From Methanotrichaceae archaeon (lineage in GTDB: Archaea > Halobacteriota > Methanosarcinia > Methanotrichales > Methanotrichaceae): a DNA stretch of 64,000 nucleotides. Position 1 is the stretch's first letter. The number at the start of each line of letters is the position of its first letter. The stretch lies in contig CAWDLW010000008.1 of assembly GCA_963803145.1 (NCBI GenBank), positions 480,001 to 544,000 on the forward strand. The letters run 5' to 3'. Made by a program: the position numbers and the translations under genes. The notes beneath the pieces were generated by a model. It was given only the letters and a program-made list of their open reading frames with translations, did no database searches and had not been told where the DNA came from. Positions 10,363-20,643 of this stretch are shown piece by piece.

Positions 10363-11622
10363 CTATCCACCCCCTACCGAATGTCTATTCTTCAAGTGAT
10401 AAAAGGCGTCTACGATAGCAGCCACTCCATCCTTTAATCGCTCATTTTTGGATAGATAGAGGAGGTCCCTTTTGACTGGTTTTGATGCAGCTGTAGTGCA
10501 GTTGTTCTCTTGATATAGCTCTTGATTAATCAACAGATGATAAATTATTGTGATTAATTTCCGTGCTAAAGCAACGACCGCTACATTGTAGCTCTTTCTG
10601 GCCGACAATCTATGGAAGTACCTTGAGAGCTTGTTCTTGTTATTTCTCATCTTAGCTATCACTTGAGCTATCTCGACAAGAATAGTTCTTAGACTCTTGG
10701 ACCCCTGTTTCGTAATACCACATTGCTTCTTTTTCCCTGCAGATTCGTGTAGTCCAGGAACCAGTCCACACCATTTGGCGATTTGTTCTGGGGTTTGGAA
10801 ATCGCGATAGTCACCGATTTCTGCCAAGATGGTCGACCCTGATCTAAAACTTATTCCTGGAATTGACATAACTATTGCCAGATCTTTAGCGCTTTTCTGA
10901 AATCTGCTAAGCACTTCAAGACTTGTTTTATCTATCTTCTTTTTCAGAAGATCAAGGAGCTCTAGATTATCCTTAACAAGCATTCTCGAAGTATCATCAA
11001 GACCGTTTGCAAGAGCCGCTTTGATGACGTCTCGCTTTTTCTTGATCTTCTTTGAAGTGATTCTGTCCAGGATCGAGTCTGCATCCTTGCCTTCAACCAG
11101 GCCATCCAAGATAATCCTGCCTGATTTACCAAAGATGTCTGAAATACAAGAACTCAGCTTTATGCCGCAAAGTGCTAGATACTTATGAACTCGATTCCTA
11201 AGCTGAGTTTGAGTCTTTATATATCCTGATCTGGCACGGGTCATCATTCTGAGGGCTCTATCCTCATTGGAAAAGACTCTTGATCTCTTGATTTTGCCAT
11301 CCAAGCAGTTACCTGCAATCCTCTTAGCGTCATGAGAATCCGACTTATCCCCTACAAGTCCTTTGACCATCCATGGATTTGCTACAATTGTATCAATCGA
11401 TGGACTCAGGCAATCGTAGACTGGAAACCAGTAAACACCTGTAGCTTCAAATGCTACTTGCTCGCAATTATTGGCTATGAGCCAATTCCTGAATCTCTCT
11501 AGCTCCGAACGAGTCGTGCCAAACTGTTCCTGGATTTCAGTCCCATCTGCATCTTCGATCGTGGCTACTATGAGATCTTTATGGACATCTGCTCCGCAAA
11601 CTCTATTTCTTCGTTTGCCCAT
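10363..11622 (-). CDS. IS110-family DEDD recombinase/transposase
   Basis: GADVHK, FEATG, KSDSHDA, SIPGI, GLVPGLHESAG (catalytic Ser), VALARKL. Confidence 0.95.
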   Translation of the reverse strand: MGKRRNRVCGADVHKDLIVATIEDADGTEIQEQFGTTRSELERFRNWLIANNCEQVAFEATGVYWFPVYDCLSPSIDTIVANPWMVKGLVGDKSDSHDAKRIAGNCLDGKIKRSRVFSNEDRALRMMTRARSGYIKTQTQLRNRVHKYLALCGIKLSSCISDIFGKSGRIILDGLVEGKDADSILDRITSKKIKKKRDVIKAALANGLDDTSRMLVKDNLELLDLLKKKIDKTSLEVLSRFQKSAKDLAIVMSIPGISFRSGSTILAEIGDYRDFQTPEQIAKWCGLVPGLHESAGKKKQCGITKQGSKSLRTILVEIAQVIAKMRNNKNKLSRYFHRLSARKSYNVAVVALARKLITIIYHLLINQELYQENNCTTAASKPVKRDLLYLSKNERLKDGVAAIVDAFYHLKNRHSVGGG

Positions 11623-11635
11623 ATATGTCGCTATC

Positions 11636-11788
11636 CTGATATGGGCAGATGATTAAGATTAATCCCTTATAGGGGGTAATTTCCCATGCGCGTTCAACGA
11701 CGCAGCCCCGTATTCACGGGATTATTGGCCAGTTTTAGCCGCGAGATCATGATCTCAAAAATAAAGCTGCCTTCACTGCCCATATCAG
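11636..11788 (-). ncRNA. Candidate IS110 bridge RNA
   Basis: 13-bp perfect IR (11636-11648 / 11776-11788) encloses the target match agttttagcc, the hairpin gagatc-at-gatctc, aaaaataa and the donor match tttcccatg. Confidence 0.6.
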
Positions 11789-11857
11789 ACTAATCATAGT
11801 TGGCCATGAATGTGAGGTTTTTCATCCGCCACGTATGACCCTTAAGGATCATGGGCG

Positions 11858-11930
11858 TTTTAGCCTCAGAAGAAGTGTTGGCTTTGAATTATATAAGCAG
11901 GCCCAAACGAGAAAGTGATAGTTATTCTTG
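11858..11930. repeat. Repeat R copy 4, right part
   Basis: ttttagcctcagaagaagtg...gcaggcccaaacgagaaag matches the right arms of R3, R5 and R9. Confidence 0.8.
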
Positions 11931-11936
11931 ATTACT

Positions 11937-12461
11937 TCAAGGCATGCCCAAGCGTTCCTTAATAGATTCAATATCTTTCTGCATTTGCCTGAACTGTATT
12001 GAAAACCCTGGCTGAAGCTCATCTCTCATGCCCTTCATCTCTTCCAAGACTTGGGGAATTGCATCCGTATTTCCCTTTACTGCCTTTAGGTCACCTTTCA
12101 TCTCCTTCAGATCATCTTTCATCTCAAGCAGAATCGGTATAGCCTTATTCATTTGTGTTGCGGAATTTATGTTGGCGAACTGCCAGAGGGGCATGACATC
12201 GCCGGTGAACTCCTCAGAGTTTATATTATCTACCCTGGCAAGCTGAGGACGTTCTTTCATGGCTAAGTTATAGAGCCTCGTGACTCTTTGTTCATCGCCT
12301 TCAATAAGAGCTATGACAACCTGCTTCCCATTCTCTTCATCATTGTAGACTTCAAAGCCTCTGAGAGCTAAACGCATAGCTAACTCCGTAAGATAGGGCC
12401 TATATCCTACATTGTGGACTTGAGAGCCGGTTATCGTGACCTTGAGTTTCATTTTCCTCAA
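11937..12461 (-). CDS. Acylphosphatase-domain protein with C-terminal coiled coil
   Basis: GSQVHNVGYR...GFEVYN; heptad-rich C-terminus. Confidence 0.85.
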   Translation of the reverse strand: MRKMKLKVTITGSQVHNVGYRPYLTELAMRLALRGFEVYNDEENGKQVVIALIEGDEQRVTRLYNLAMKERPQLARVDNINSEEFTGDVMPLWQFANINSATQMNKAIPILLEMKDDLKEMKGDLKAVKGNTDAIPQVLEEMKGMRDELQPGFSIQFRQMQKDIESIKERLGMP

Positions 12462-12529
12462 TTGATCTTATTGTTCTTGATCTACTTCATTATTTCTATT
12501 GCTGATGGGCGAACTTCCACGCCCTTTTT

Positions 12530-12770
12530 GGTTGGTAGTTCGTCGTTTGTTTACGATTACGGATATCCTCTTTCACAAAGGAGGAAATCGATAATCTAGT
12601 CCCCATCAACCTTATCGCCTCTATTTACCAAATCCTTCCCCCGAAGAGGGGTTAGGGGTAGCCCGTCCGGCGATTGAGGACGCTAGGAAACCATTAGTGT
12701 TAGCCCCAGAAGAAAGTGCAGTTTTTAGAATTAGAAGGAGCTCCCAATGCGAAGTCAGAGCAGTTCGGGA
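12530..12770. repeat. Repeat R copy 5
   Basis: Core from 12606: tcaaccttatcgcc...ccttcccccgaagaggggttaggggtagcccgtccggcgattgaggacgctagg...tgttagccccaga. Confidence 0.9.
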
Positions 12771-12787
12771 ATTTGCACCATAGAGAA

Positions 12788-13122
12788 TTAGGTATTATCT
12801 ATAAGCTGCATAAGCTCTTCCTTGCTGATCTGAGTATCCTTAGCGATCCGTTGTCTAATAATCTGAAAGCCTATCTTTGCTAAAGCCTTAACAACTCTTT
12901 CACCCTCAACCGGCCTCAGCTTCGACAACCTGAACACCTATGAACTCAGGGATTTCTATATCTTTCTCAGCCTCAAGGTAGGCCTCTTCGCCTCTTTTGT
13001 CCTATCCAGCAGATCATCCAAGGCTCCTTTGCCTGAGTGTGGCAACCAGGAAGCGATGGGACGGTAGCTACATAATAGCCATCTTCGTCTTTTTCTACTA
13101 AAACGCTGAACTTCTTTTTCAT
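12788..13122 (-). pseudogene. Degraded hicBA operon
   Basis: HicB MKKKFSVLVEKDEDGYYVATVPSLPGCHTQAK... is frameshifted; HicA LSKLRPVEGERVVKALAKIGFQIIRQR|IAKDTQISKEEL lacks the central GSH segment. Confidence 0.75.
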
Positions 13123-13133
13123 GCGTATACACT

Positions 13134-13529
13134 TTAATTCTGCATCTGAAAATGTTTATCGTTAGTCCATATAGGACAGCGCAGTTGCATAGCCAGGGCG
13201 AGAATTGGCGCATCTTTTTCATCGATTTTCTTCATGACCTCAAAAGCATCTTTCATCATGGGGAGGTACAGATCACGGGGCACAACTTGAATAGCTTTCA
13301 AAATGAAACTCTTTGCATATTCGAACGATAGAGACTGAGAACTTTTCTTCCTTTTGGCCTCGATGTAAGCAAGGTAGCCATTTATCTCAATCATCCCGTA
13401 TTCGAGGAAGTACAAATTAAAATATCCCGATTTTATTAACCTTGCATTTATAGAATGGTCTTTGAGGAGAGCCGCAATTAGAATATTGGTATCAACTACA
13501 AGCCCAGCTTCTTCTTCTCTTCCAGCCAT
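13134..13529 (-). CDS. PIN-domain (VapC-like) toxin, C-terminus apparently frameshifted
   Basis: VVDTNILIAAL, DEKDAPILALA, IWTNDKHF; the expected tail IKVYT lies in another frame. Confidence 0.85.
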   Translation of the reverse strand: MAGREEEAGLVVDTNILIAALLKDHSINARLIKSGYFNLYFLEYGMIEINGYLAYIEAKRKKSSQSLSFEYAKSFILKAIQVVPRDLYLPMMKDAFEVMKKIDEKDAPILALAMQLRCPIWTNDKHFQMQN

Positions 13530-13705
13530 ATTCTCTCACGCACTTCCTCCAAGCCCTCCAGATCGGACTCGTTGAGATCAAGCTCCTCTATTGCCCTTTC
13601 AAAGAGCACCCATCTAGCCTCTTCCTCTTTTACCAGCTCATCGATTTTCTTTTTGAGAGGCTTTAAGGGAATACCTTCAGGAACCTCTACTTCGATAGTG
13701 CCCAC
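13496..13705 (-). CDS. Putative antitoxin of the adjacent PIN toxin
   Basis: Small acidic protein overlapping the PIN gene start. Confidence 0.7.
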   Translation of the reverse strand: MGTIEVEVPEGIPLKPLKKKIDELVKEEEARWVLFERAIEELDLNESDLEGLEEVRERIWLEEKKKLGL

Positions 13706-13779
13706 GAAACCACCAAATGGTCTTTTATTCTTATTGTTCTTAAAGCCTTTCTCGATATTTAGAAATTAGTTTTCATACC

Positions 13780-13960
13780 TTTGTGCCTTTGCGTCTTCGT
13801 GGTGATCATTCGGCCCCGCTGTTTATGCAGCCGGACATCCCCTTCCATATAGGCAGAACCTTGTCCCGTCAACCTTATCGCCTGCGTGTTCAAACTTCCC
13901 CAGCGAGGGGTTAGGGGAGCCCGCGGGCGAGAGCGGCTAGTAAACCATTAGTTTTAGCAG
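13780..13960. repeat. Repeat R copy 6
   Basis: Left arm plus core from 13869, ending taaaccattagttttagc. Confidence 0.85.
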
Positions 13961-14029
13961 AAAACGTGTGGGTTTCAATTGTTTTGTAAAGTTATCAGTT
14001 ATTGACTTATTATATCGAAAACCGCCCGC

Positions 14030-14250
14030 CATGCGAAATAATATCCAAAGAGTTGACAGAACCGTTTAGAGCTGCCACCTGAAATGGGTCAAAGCCTATC
14101 TTCCCAGCCAAATCCTCTTATCATCCATTCAATTTAGATAATGGCCGGTTCATGAAGTGCAGGCATCTTCAATTACTTATTTCAAGTTCCATCATCTTTC
14201 TTTTATACGGAAGATTGGCAGAAGGTTAAAAAGTTATCGTTTATTGAGCC
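14030..14250. repeat. Conserved element B copy 1 (others at about 15283, 16690, 21810, 34030)
   Basis: Shared core gccaaa(c/t)cctcttatcatccattcaatt(c/t)agat(t/a)atggc. Confidence 0.7.
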
Positions 14251-15498
14251 TGGAATTCTTGCGTAATAGCAGCGTGTCTTAGTGCATTCACGGTGAGCTA
14301 TCTAGGAAGTTTGGTACCTATCGATATTACTGAGATTTGGTAAGGGATTTAGTGCAGGTTTGGGAGTTCACAAAGTGGTTTACGCGCACAAAGAGTCCCC
14401 GCCAAAATATTGACGAGAGAAGATCACTGCTATGATCTACGTTCCTCTTCCTATCTTGATATAGTTGATCTTATCCTGCGGCACAGGTTTTACAACCACA
14501 ATCAAAACCTCTTGTTGCGCAAGGTTGCGATCCACGTATACACGAGCCCATTTTATCGATTCGCTTGTACATCGGATCAACTAGAGTCTCTCTCTTTTCT
14601 CCAGCTATCTGTATCTCCATATCACAATTCACCGGCTCATTCATCGTCATGATCGTAGTTATATCTAATCTCCATGTATGGCTAACTATGATAGTATAAT
14701 TAGCCATATTAGCGACAAAATGGTTATATATCCTTAAGTCATCATTAAAGTTGGTGAATTGAGCATGACAGGAATCGATGAGACCAAATGCGGCCACTCG
14801 ATAAAAACCGCAGCCGCCACTGGCACATGTAAAGATGATCTGGTAATGATTATTGAGAGCATTGACCTCGTGGATTGCGAGTTGAATAAGACTCGCAGGG
14901 TTGCATTAGGTCTATTGGAACAGGTTGAATCAAAGGAGATTGTATAAGGATAATTACGAATGTGATTCTCTATACTTGGCTTCGGCTTCATCTCCAACTT
15001 ATCGTTCTGCACTTGAATGATAGAGCTGAATCCTATCGTCTCATGGATAGTTCATCGTTTGATTATGACTACAGCTAGTGCCCTTCCCAGCAAAATCGGC
15101 CTTAATTTAAATATCTAGTATCTTTGCGATTACGAAACTCATCAAAGAGACACAGAGGCACAGAGAGACTTTAATATTATCCAGACTCACCCCAAGAGTT
15201 CCGTCTCTCTTGTCTCCGTGCCTCAGCTGCGAGTTTCGTTTTATCCAGCAATAGCCGAACGAACCAAGAATCCCATTTCATTCGCCAAACCCTCTTATCA
15301 TCCACTCAATTAAGGTTATAGCGATCTCAAATCTATGGCCTCTGGATGAGACCATTTTGATATACCTTGGCAAAATGATAAGGCCTTCAGGAATTAATAA
15401 ACTTACCGTTTGCGCTGCAATGCCTGTTCCACGAAACAAACGGATCAAATCAGCCACACCACCTGCTTTTAATACTCAAAGCTCATATTAAATTCAAG

Positions 15499-16109
15499 AT
15501 GAAGCTCAGGGCGAGGATAGAAGGTCCGCGGGTCCACCGAGTAGGTTACCGGTTGTTTCTGGCCACCAGGGCCATAGATCTGGATCTTCCAGGATTCTCA
15601 GCTCAGAACCTGTAAAGGACGGACGACAGGTAATGCTTGCCTTCTTCGAGGGTGACCAGGGCCAGATTGAGGAGTTCAAAAGGTTTATTGAGGCAGATAA
15701 GCCTCCTGAGGCTGCCGTATCCTCGATCTCCTTCCAGGAATACGAAGGGCCGGTTGGAGATACAATGCTCTTTTACCAGAAGATGAGTTCGCAGCATCTA
15801 GGCAAAGGTATAGATGCCAAACTTAGAATGGAGAAGAAATAGAATAAAATGCTTGAGAACCAGGATACGACATCAGTATATTGAAAGAGGTTAAAGAGGA
15901 TACATCATCTATTCGCGATCTGCAGGCCCAGATGCTTGATAAGCAAGATCTGACCATAGGTTTGAAAGAGGTCAAGGAGGATACATCCTCCATGGCTCCG
16001 AACTCAAGAAAGACACTATGGATTCTATCCTGGAGAAATACTTAGAGCTCAGCCAAGAGATCGCTGAGATAAAGGCGACACTCTCAGAAATCAAGCAAAG
16101 GTCGCTTAA
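15499..16109 (+). pseudogene. Acylphosphatase-coiled-coil pseudogene, inverted relative to the array
   Basis: MKLRARIEGPRVHRVGYRLFL...; premature TAA near 15613, TAG near 15840 and frameshifts. Confidence 0.8.
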
Positions 16110-16199
16110 AAACCGGATTAATGCTGTCAACCAAGCCTGAAGGGCAAGGAGTTCAAGGTTGAGAGAACCGGATGAGCAATTTCACCTTTGTGAGCGCTG

Positions 16200-16352
16200 A
16201 CTCAATGGATCTATTGAGGTTTCCAATTTCTGCGAGAGCTCTTGTAGCCGCAGTTCGAACATCGCTGTCATTATCCCCTAGTGCATGAATCAATGGATCA
16301 AAGCCGCAGTATCTTGCAAATTCCTGAGCGAATATGCAGCCTCCGTTCGCAC
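16200..16352 (-). pseudogene. HEAT-repeat gene fragment
   Basis: Matches 6105-6262 and about 25222-25380, with the same breakpoint as the copy near 6260. Confidence 0.7.
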
Positions 16353-16934
16353 TTTACTAGACAGCTGAGTTATGCTTATCTTATATCAGCCAGTTAGTTC
16401 GTCTTTGTGCCTTTGTGTCTTCGTGGTGATCATCTGTCGTTTATAATTGGCTCTTCGCTGTTTCGTGTGAGTAAGGTAAAGCACTTATGACTTAACCACA
16501 GAGGCACAGAGACAAGAGAGAAAAAAAATAATAATGTTAAAATCCCTCTGTACCTCCGTGTCTCTGTGGTGAACGTACTCTAAGCTCCACTCGAAGGCAC
16601 AAAGTCTCTCAGGCCTATCTTGAATCTCCCCTATTGAATTGTAATCTCTTGATGAATGCAATCTTATGACTTATCTATCAATAACCAGACATGCGAATAA
16701 TATCCAAAAAGTTCCAGAGCCGCTACCTTCCAATATTTCCGCCAAACCCTCTTATCATCCTCTCAATTCAGATTATGGCGTCCTCAAACCCGGGGCTTTG
16801 ATACCACATTGTTTGGATTCAGCTGAATTACGTTTCAATCATCCTGCTCTGGCCAGATGATAACAATCCTCAAGGGCTTAAAAGCTTCCCCTGCCTATGT
16901 GATCAATTCCTTATTGCTGTCAATCCTTCTGGAT

Positions 16935-17190
16935 TGTGGTTGATCGTTCGCTGTTTGCATGTAGTTCGAGATGATTGTCCGTCCATGCGGCCGGAAATCG
17001 CCAGCTCCCATCAACCTTATCGCCTAAATCTAGAGCCTTCCCCCAGCGAGGGGCTAGGGGTAGCCCGTCCGGCGATTGAGGACGCTAGTAAAACCGCTAG
17101 TTTTACCTCCAGAAGAAAGTGTAGTCTTTTATAAATTATAATAGCAGATCCAAATGCGAATTTAGAACGGTTCTGGAATGTACGTTCTTG
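16935..17190. repeat. Repeat R copy 7
   Basis: Core from 17011: ccttcccccagcgaggggctaggggtagcccgtccggcgattgaggacgctagtaaaaccgctagtttta. Confidence 0.9.
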
Positions 17191-17272
17191 AGTATATCTA
17201 GTGCCCCTTCCAGCGAAGTAGACCTTAATTCCGAACTTTGAGGAGAACTTAACTTGAACGGGCAGTGGTTCA

Positions 17273-17605
17273 CTACAGATATGGATATAGACTATTTATT
17301 CTTTTAAGCAGCTCGACAGTATGATCTTTCTGAATGATCTCTGTGGTCTTACCATATACCTCATCATGATGAGCCACATACAAAAACACAATGCAATTAC
17401 CTATAATCATATAAGCAATAACAAAGGGATCAACATGAACCCCTCTCACGCCCTTCAGGCCATAGCTTTTAGGTTCACCCATCTCAGGATTGATTAGAAT
17501 TTGACCAAGTTTATTGATCAATCTGTCTTTAAGGGCTTTATCCTTCTTGGTCAGTTTTGAAAATTGCTTATCAAATTCAGGAACCCTGTGATATCTATAA
17601 GCCAT
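17273..17605 (-). CDS. RelE/ParE-family toxin
   Basis: FDKQFSKL...ILINPEMGEP..GLKGVRGVHV..FVIAY...AHHDEVY; likely start ATG at 17605. Confidence 0.8.
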   Translation of the reverse strand: MAYRYHRVPEFDKQFSKLTKKDKALKDRLINKLGQILINPEMGEPKSYGLKGVRGVHVDPFVIAYMIIGNCIVFLYVAHHDEVYGKTTEIIQKDHTVELLKRINSLYPYL

Positions 17606-17615
17606 AAAAGAGGGG

Positions 17616-17789
17616 TTAGAGGTCACTAAGAGAATTCAAAAACTCTTCTTTGCTATCATAGGTTTTGCCTTTTCCAGCCTTAAATTCCTTGATACCTCTG
17701 ATGACTCCTGCTGCAAACTCATTAGAAAGGAGGGCTTCAATATCTTCTGATTCTTCTTTCTTTGGAGCAGTATGAGCTACCTTTCCCAT
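17616..17789 (-). CDS. Antitoxin partner of RelE (57 aa, absent from the ORF track)
   Basis: Manual translation MGKVAHTAPKKEESEDIEALLSNEFAAGVIRGIKEFKAGKGKTYDSKEEFLNSLSDL*. Confidence 0.7.
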   Translation of the reverse strand: MGKVAHTAPKKEESEDIEALLSNEFAAGVIRGIKEFKAGKGKTYDSKEEFLNSLSDL

Positions 17790-17940
17790 TTAAATTAAGC
17801 CTCCATCGCAATATTGCGTGATAGGGATATTTAAGATTTCGCCCAAAGGATATTTTCTGTCTAGCTGGATACCATCCGGAAGGAAATTTCGGACTAATTA
17901 TGCGGAGGGATCTACAAGGCGAGTTCTGTTATGAATGAGC

Positions 17941-18060
17941 TCATAGAGATAATGGATGGTAATAAATGCAATGACTTCCTGTTGTTCTATCGAGAATAAA
18001 TCCAGCTTTCTCCAAAGCCCTGGCGAGCTTCTGTGGAGAGATAGAGGGCAGCTTAGGCAT
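17941..18060 (-). pseudogene. hicA: Truncated HicA toxin
   Basis: MPKLPSISPQKLARALEKAGFILDRTTGSHCIYYHP, then fused to PIN-derived DNA. Confidence 0.8.
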
Positions 18061-18289
18061 TGGCCTCCATTTCAACGGTTTGTTCAATGACAGTATTATC
18101 TGTGGGAACTTCTTCACCATGGGCAATAAGCGTCTCCACGTAACCTTTGATGGCATCCCTGACCATACACAGAGCTTCATCGATGGTCTTTCCAAAGGTT
18201 ACGCATCCTGGTAGAGTTGGAACCCATACGGTGTAAACCTCATCATCAGGCTCCCACCTAAGCATGACATGATACTTCAGTACATTCAT
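18053..18289 (-). CDS. hicB: HicB antitoxin
   Basis: YTVWVPTLPGCVTFGKTIDEAL..V.DAI. Confidence 0.9.
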   Translation of the reverse strand: MNVLKYHVMLRWEPDDEVYTVWVPTLPGCVTFGKTIDEALCMVRDAIKGYVETLIAHGEEVPTDNTVIEQTVEMEANA

Positions 18290-18507
18290 CGGTATCTAAT
18301 GTGCTCCTTCAATATATCTATTCTCTGCTACTATTGATTGAGGACGACTCGACGAGAGGTGCCCCGAATCCGACGATCGAAAAGATCAGAGAATCCACAA
18401 ACCTGATCCCAAGAGGATGCAATAGAAAGGAAACGCCCACAGCATAAAGCACCAGCACAGCCAGTGTATGGAAGTCGCCGTGATGGATGGGCGAGCCGTA
18501 GACAAGC

Positions 18508-18688
18508 ATGTGTTCTAGGTGTGGTCTAATAGTCAAAAAGGATCTCTCTGAAAGAATCCATAGCTGCTCGGAATGTGGCTTGTCTATGGATAGAGATCTG
18601 AATGCAGCAATCAACATTCTGAGATTGGGGATGCAATCTCTTCGCAAAAGCGACAGAAGCCCCGCATTTTAGGGCGGGGAGCGTTCAC
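18508..18688 (+). mobile_element. tnpB 3' fragment with IS605 right end (omega-RNA region)
   Basis: CSRCG...HSCSECGLSMDRDLNAAINI, hairpin ccccgc-attttagg-gcgggg, terminal TCAC at 18688. Confidence 0.85.
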
Positions 18689-18700
18689 AGATAACGAAAT

Positions 18701-19075
18701 TCAGATCTCCATTCGCTTGAACTCTTCAAGCTCTTCGGGCGTAAAATATTCATGCCATGCTTTTGGCTTGACTATGAGCACTGCCCTACCGTTCTTTTCC
18801 GCTTTTTCTACGTGCACCATCCCTGCGCGCTCAAGCCTTCGTGCAGCAGTATAAGTCTTGCCCGTCGTCCAGCCCATCTCTTTCGCCAACTGATATATGC
18901 TGTTCCCCGGGATCGCCTCTATTTTGTCGTAAAGCTCCAGGTCAGTATCGACGCCTTTTTCTTTCACGGCTTCAATAGCATGCTGGATATTTCTTCCGCG
19001 CATGCTATCATAACTGTCTTGGAATCTATTTAAAGATGGAAGCAAATCTGCGCAAGTTCCAAGGCCGTATTTCAT
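18701..19075 (-). CDS. Winged-helix HTH protein
   Basis: PGNSIYQLAKEMGWTTGKTYTAARRLERAGMV. Confidence 0.75.
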   Translation of the reverse strand: MKYGLGTCADLLPSLNRFQDSYDSMRGRNIQHAIEAVKEKGVDTDLELYDKIEAIPGNSIYQLAKEMGWTTGKTYTAARRLERAGMVHVEKAEKNGRAVLIVKPKAWHEYFTPEELEEFKRMEI

Positions 19076-19373
19076 GAAAAAGTTCCAGGAAAATAAGCAT
19101 CAAATGAAACAGGCTGAAAAAACGCTGAAATCGCTTCTCGCGCGTGGATACATATATCCACATCCGACTCGGGACGAGATAACATACCAAATGACTCAGA
19201 TGGGATGGGAAGAATGCCGGAAGATGAAAGAGCAGGCTCTTTCAGAACTTTAGACCTTGATTGATACTGCATTTTACAAGGCGTTCTTCAGACGTGCGTT
19301 TAATATGCTCCCTGGGTTGGTAATTCTTGATAAAATTTTGAGATTTAGAATTCATTTTTAATTGAACGAAGGT

Positions 19374-19937
19374 CTATACATCAAATTGCGTATAGTTATA
19401 AGCATAAGTTCTATTCGAATCATTCAGCCTCTGGCATATCAGCATCCCGGAATATGATGATCCTCTGCTCAGAACCAGATCCCCTAGGCGATAATATCTG
19501 CTTGCTCCATGCCTCCGTATGGTCTTGCCGTCGAAATTTAAGGCCATCCTGTATTCTCCAATAGAAAAGTTCCTGTGATCTATGGACCAGGCCACCTCTT
19601 TGCCGTTGCTATCGAGCAGATATCCGTTCAAGCTGTACTCGCCGGGAGCAAACACATCAACTACGGCCTCGATTGTGAGATATTCATACAGCCCATCATG
19701 ATCTACATCCACTCCATGATCTGTGAAGTTTCCCGTAAGAGATGCTAGGCCAGCTCCTGGATCTTGTCCGCATGCATTCAAGCTGAGGCATATTGCCAAA
19801 AGGAGCGAAAGGAGCAAAGGAAACAGAGAAGGCATAGTTGGCGGCTCATCTAATGGTTTATCAGAGGAAATGCCTGAGGATTTATCCGATGTGCTCATGA
19901 TTGTATAAAAGAAAGTGAAGACATGAAATGCCTTCAT
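19374..19937 (-). CDS. Secreted protein with a DxDxDG motif
   Basis: Signal peptide from MPSLFPLLL (probable true start); DVDHDGLYEYL; collapsed paralog at 24616-24885. Confidence 0.75.
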   Translation of the reverse strand: MKAFHVFTFFYTIMSTSDKSSGISSDKPLDEPPTMPSLFPLLLSLLLAICLSLNACGQDPGAGLASLTGNFTDHGVDVDHDGLYEYLTIEAVVDVFAPGEYSLNGYLLDSNGKEVAWSIDHRNFSIGEYRMALNFDGKTIRRHGASRYYRLGDLVLSRGSSYSGMLICQRLNDSNRTYAYNYTQFDV

Positions 19938-20528
19938 TTAGGGCGGCGTTGGTTCGTTCTGTTCAAACTTACCGTTATTGGAGCAGAAAGTGGTTCCTCC
20001 CCCTGTGGGCTTATAAATCGGCGGGCTGGTTATATTGCCCTGCTTGTCTACATTCAAGGTCAACGACTCTCCTGTTCCAAGATTATGCAATACTTCCTGG
20101 CTGCTTCCATCTGTGTTATAAGTTACTTCCAAGCCGTCATTGTTTCGAGTATTCGCGTAGGATTCGGACTGTATTTGCTGGGTGTTAGGATCGTAAATTG
20201 TTGTCAATATTTCATTATTGTTTCCTAGCATAACGATGCTTTTGACCAGATTGCCATTGGAATCCCTATATTCAAGAAGCCTGTTGCCGGCATTATCTTT
20301 GTAATCGGAAACCGTTAAATTTCCCGCATCGGTTTTGACAATATATGATGTCGATGTAGCTCCTGAACTAGTTTTAATAAATGTTCGCTCCTGTGCAAGG
20401 ACCTCTTTCTCTGACTTCAGCTGTTCCCTCGTTCCCATCAGACTGTTTTGGTCTGCAGAGACAATAGTTGCGCCTAAGATACAGGTGAGTATAACGAGAA
20501 TTAATGCTGCGCTAATAATTTTCCTCAT
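19938..20528 (-). CDS. Secreted hypothetical protein
   Basis: Signal peptide MRKIISAALILVILTCILG; Asn/Thr/Gly-rich. Confidence 0.7.
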   Translation of the reverse strand: MRKIISAALILVILTCILGATIVSADQNSLMGTREQLKSEKEVLAQERTFIKTSSGATSTSYIVKTDAGNLTVSDYKDNAGNRLLEYRDSNGNLVKSIVMLGNNNEILTTIYDPNTQQIQSESYANTRNNDGLEVTYNTDGSSQEVLHNLGTGESLTLNVDKQGNITSPPIYKPTGGGTTFCSNNGKFEQNEPTPP

Positions 20529-20643
20529 CTTTTCCCTCCATTACAGTATTTTCTTCATGAAATGGCTCATACGCCGTTATAATTATTATCATCTTATCGC
20601 ATGATATTCGCTGAATCCGCAGCATATTATCATGCAGTTCCAG

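Larger units (their letters stand above)
10325..11857 (-). mobile_element. IS110-family insertion sequence
   Basis: Boundaries inferred from the interrupted R repeat; T-run shared at both junctions; short terminal IR cccatga/tcatggg; upstream non-coding region of about 235 bp. Confidence 0.85.

Noticed and set aside
14410-15012. Overlapping small ORFs on both strands
   Set aside because: No recognisable motifs; I cannot tell which, if any, is real.
15613-15842. Pyrrolysine read-through of the TAG in the acylphosphatase copy
   Set aside because: The same gene also has a TAA and frameshifts, so it is a pseudogene.
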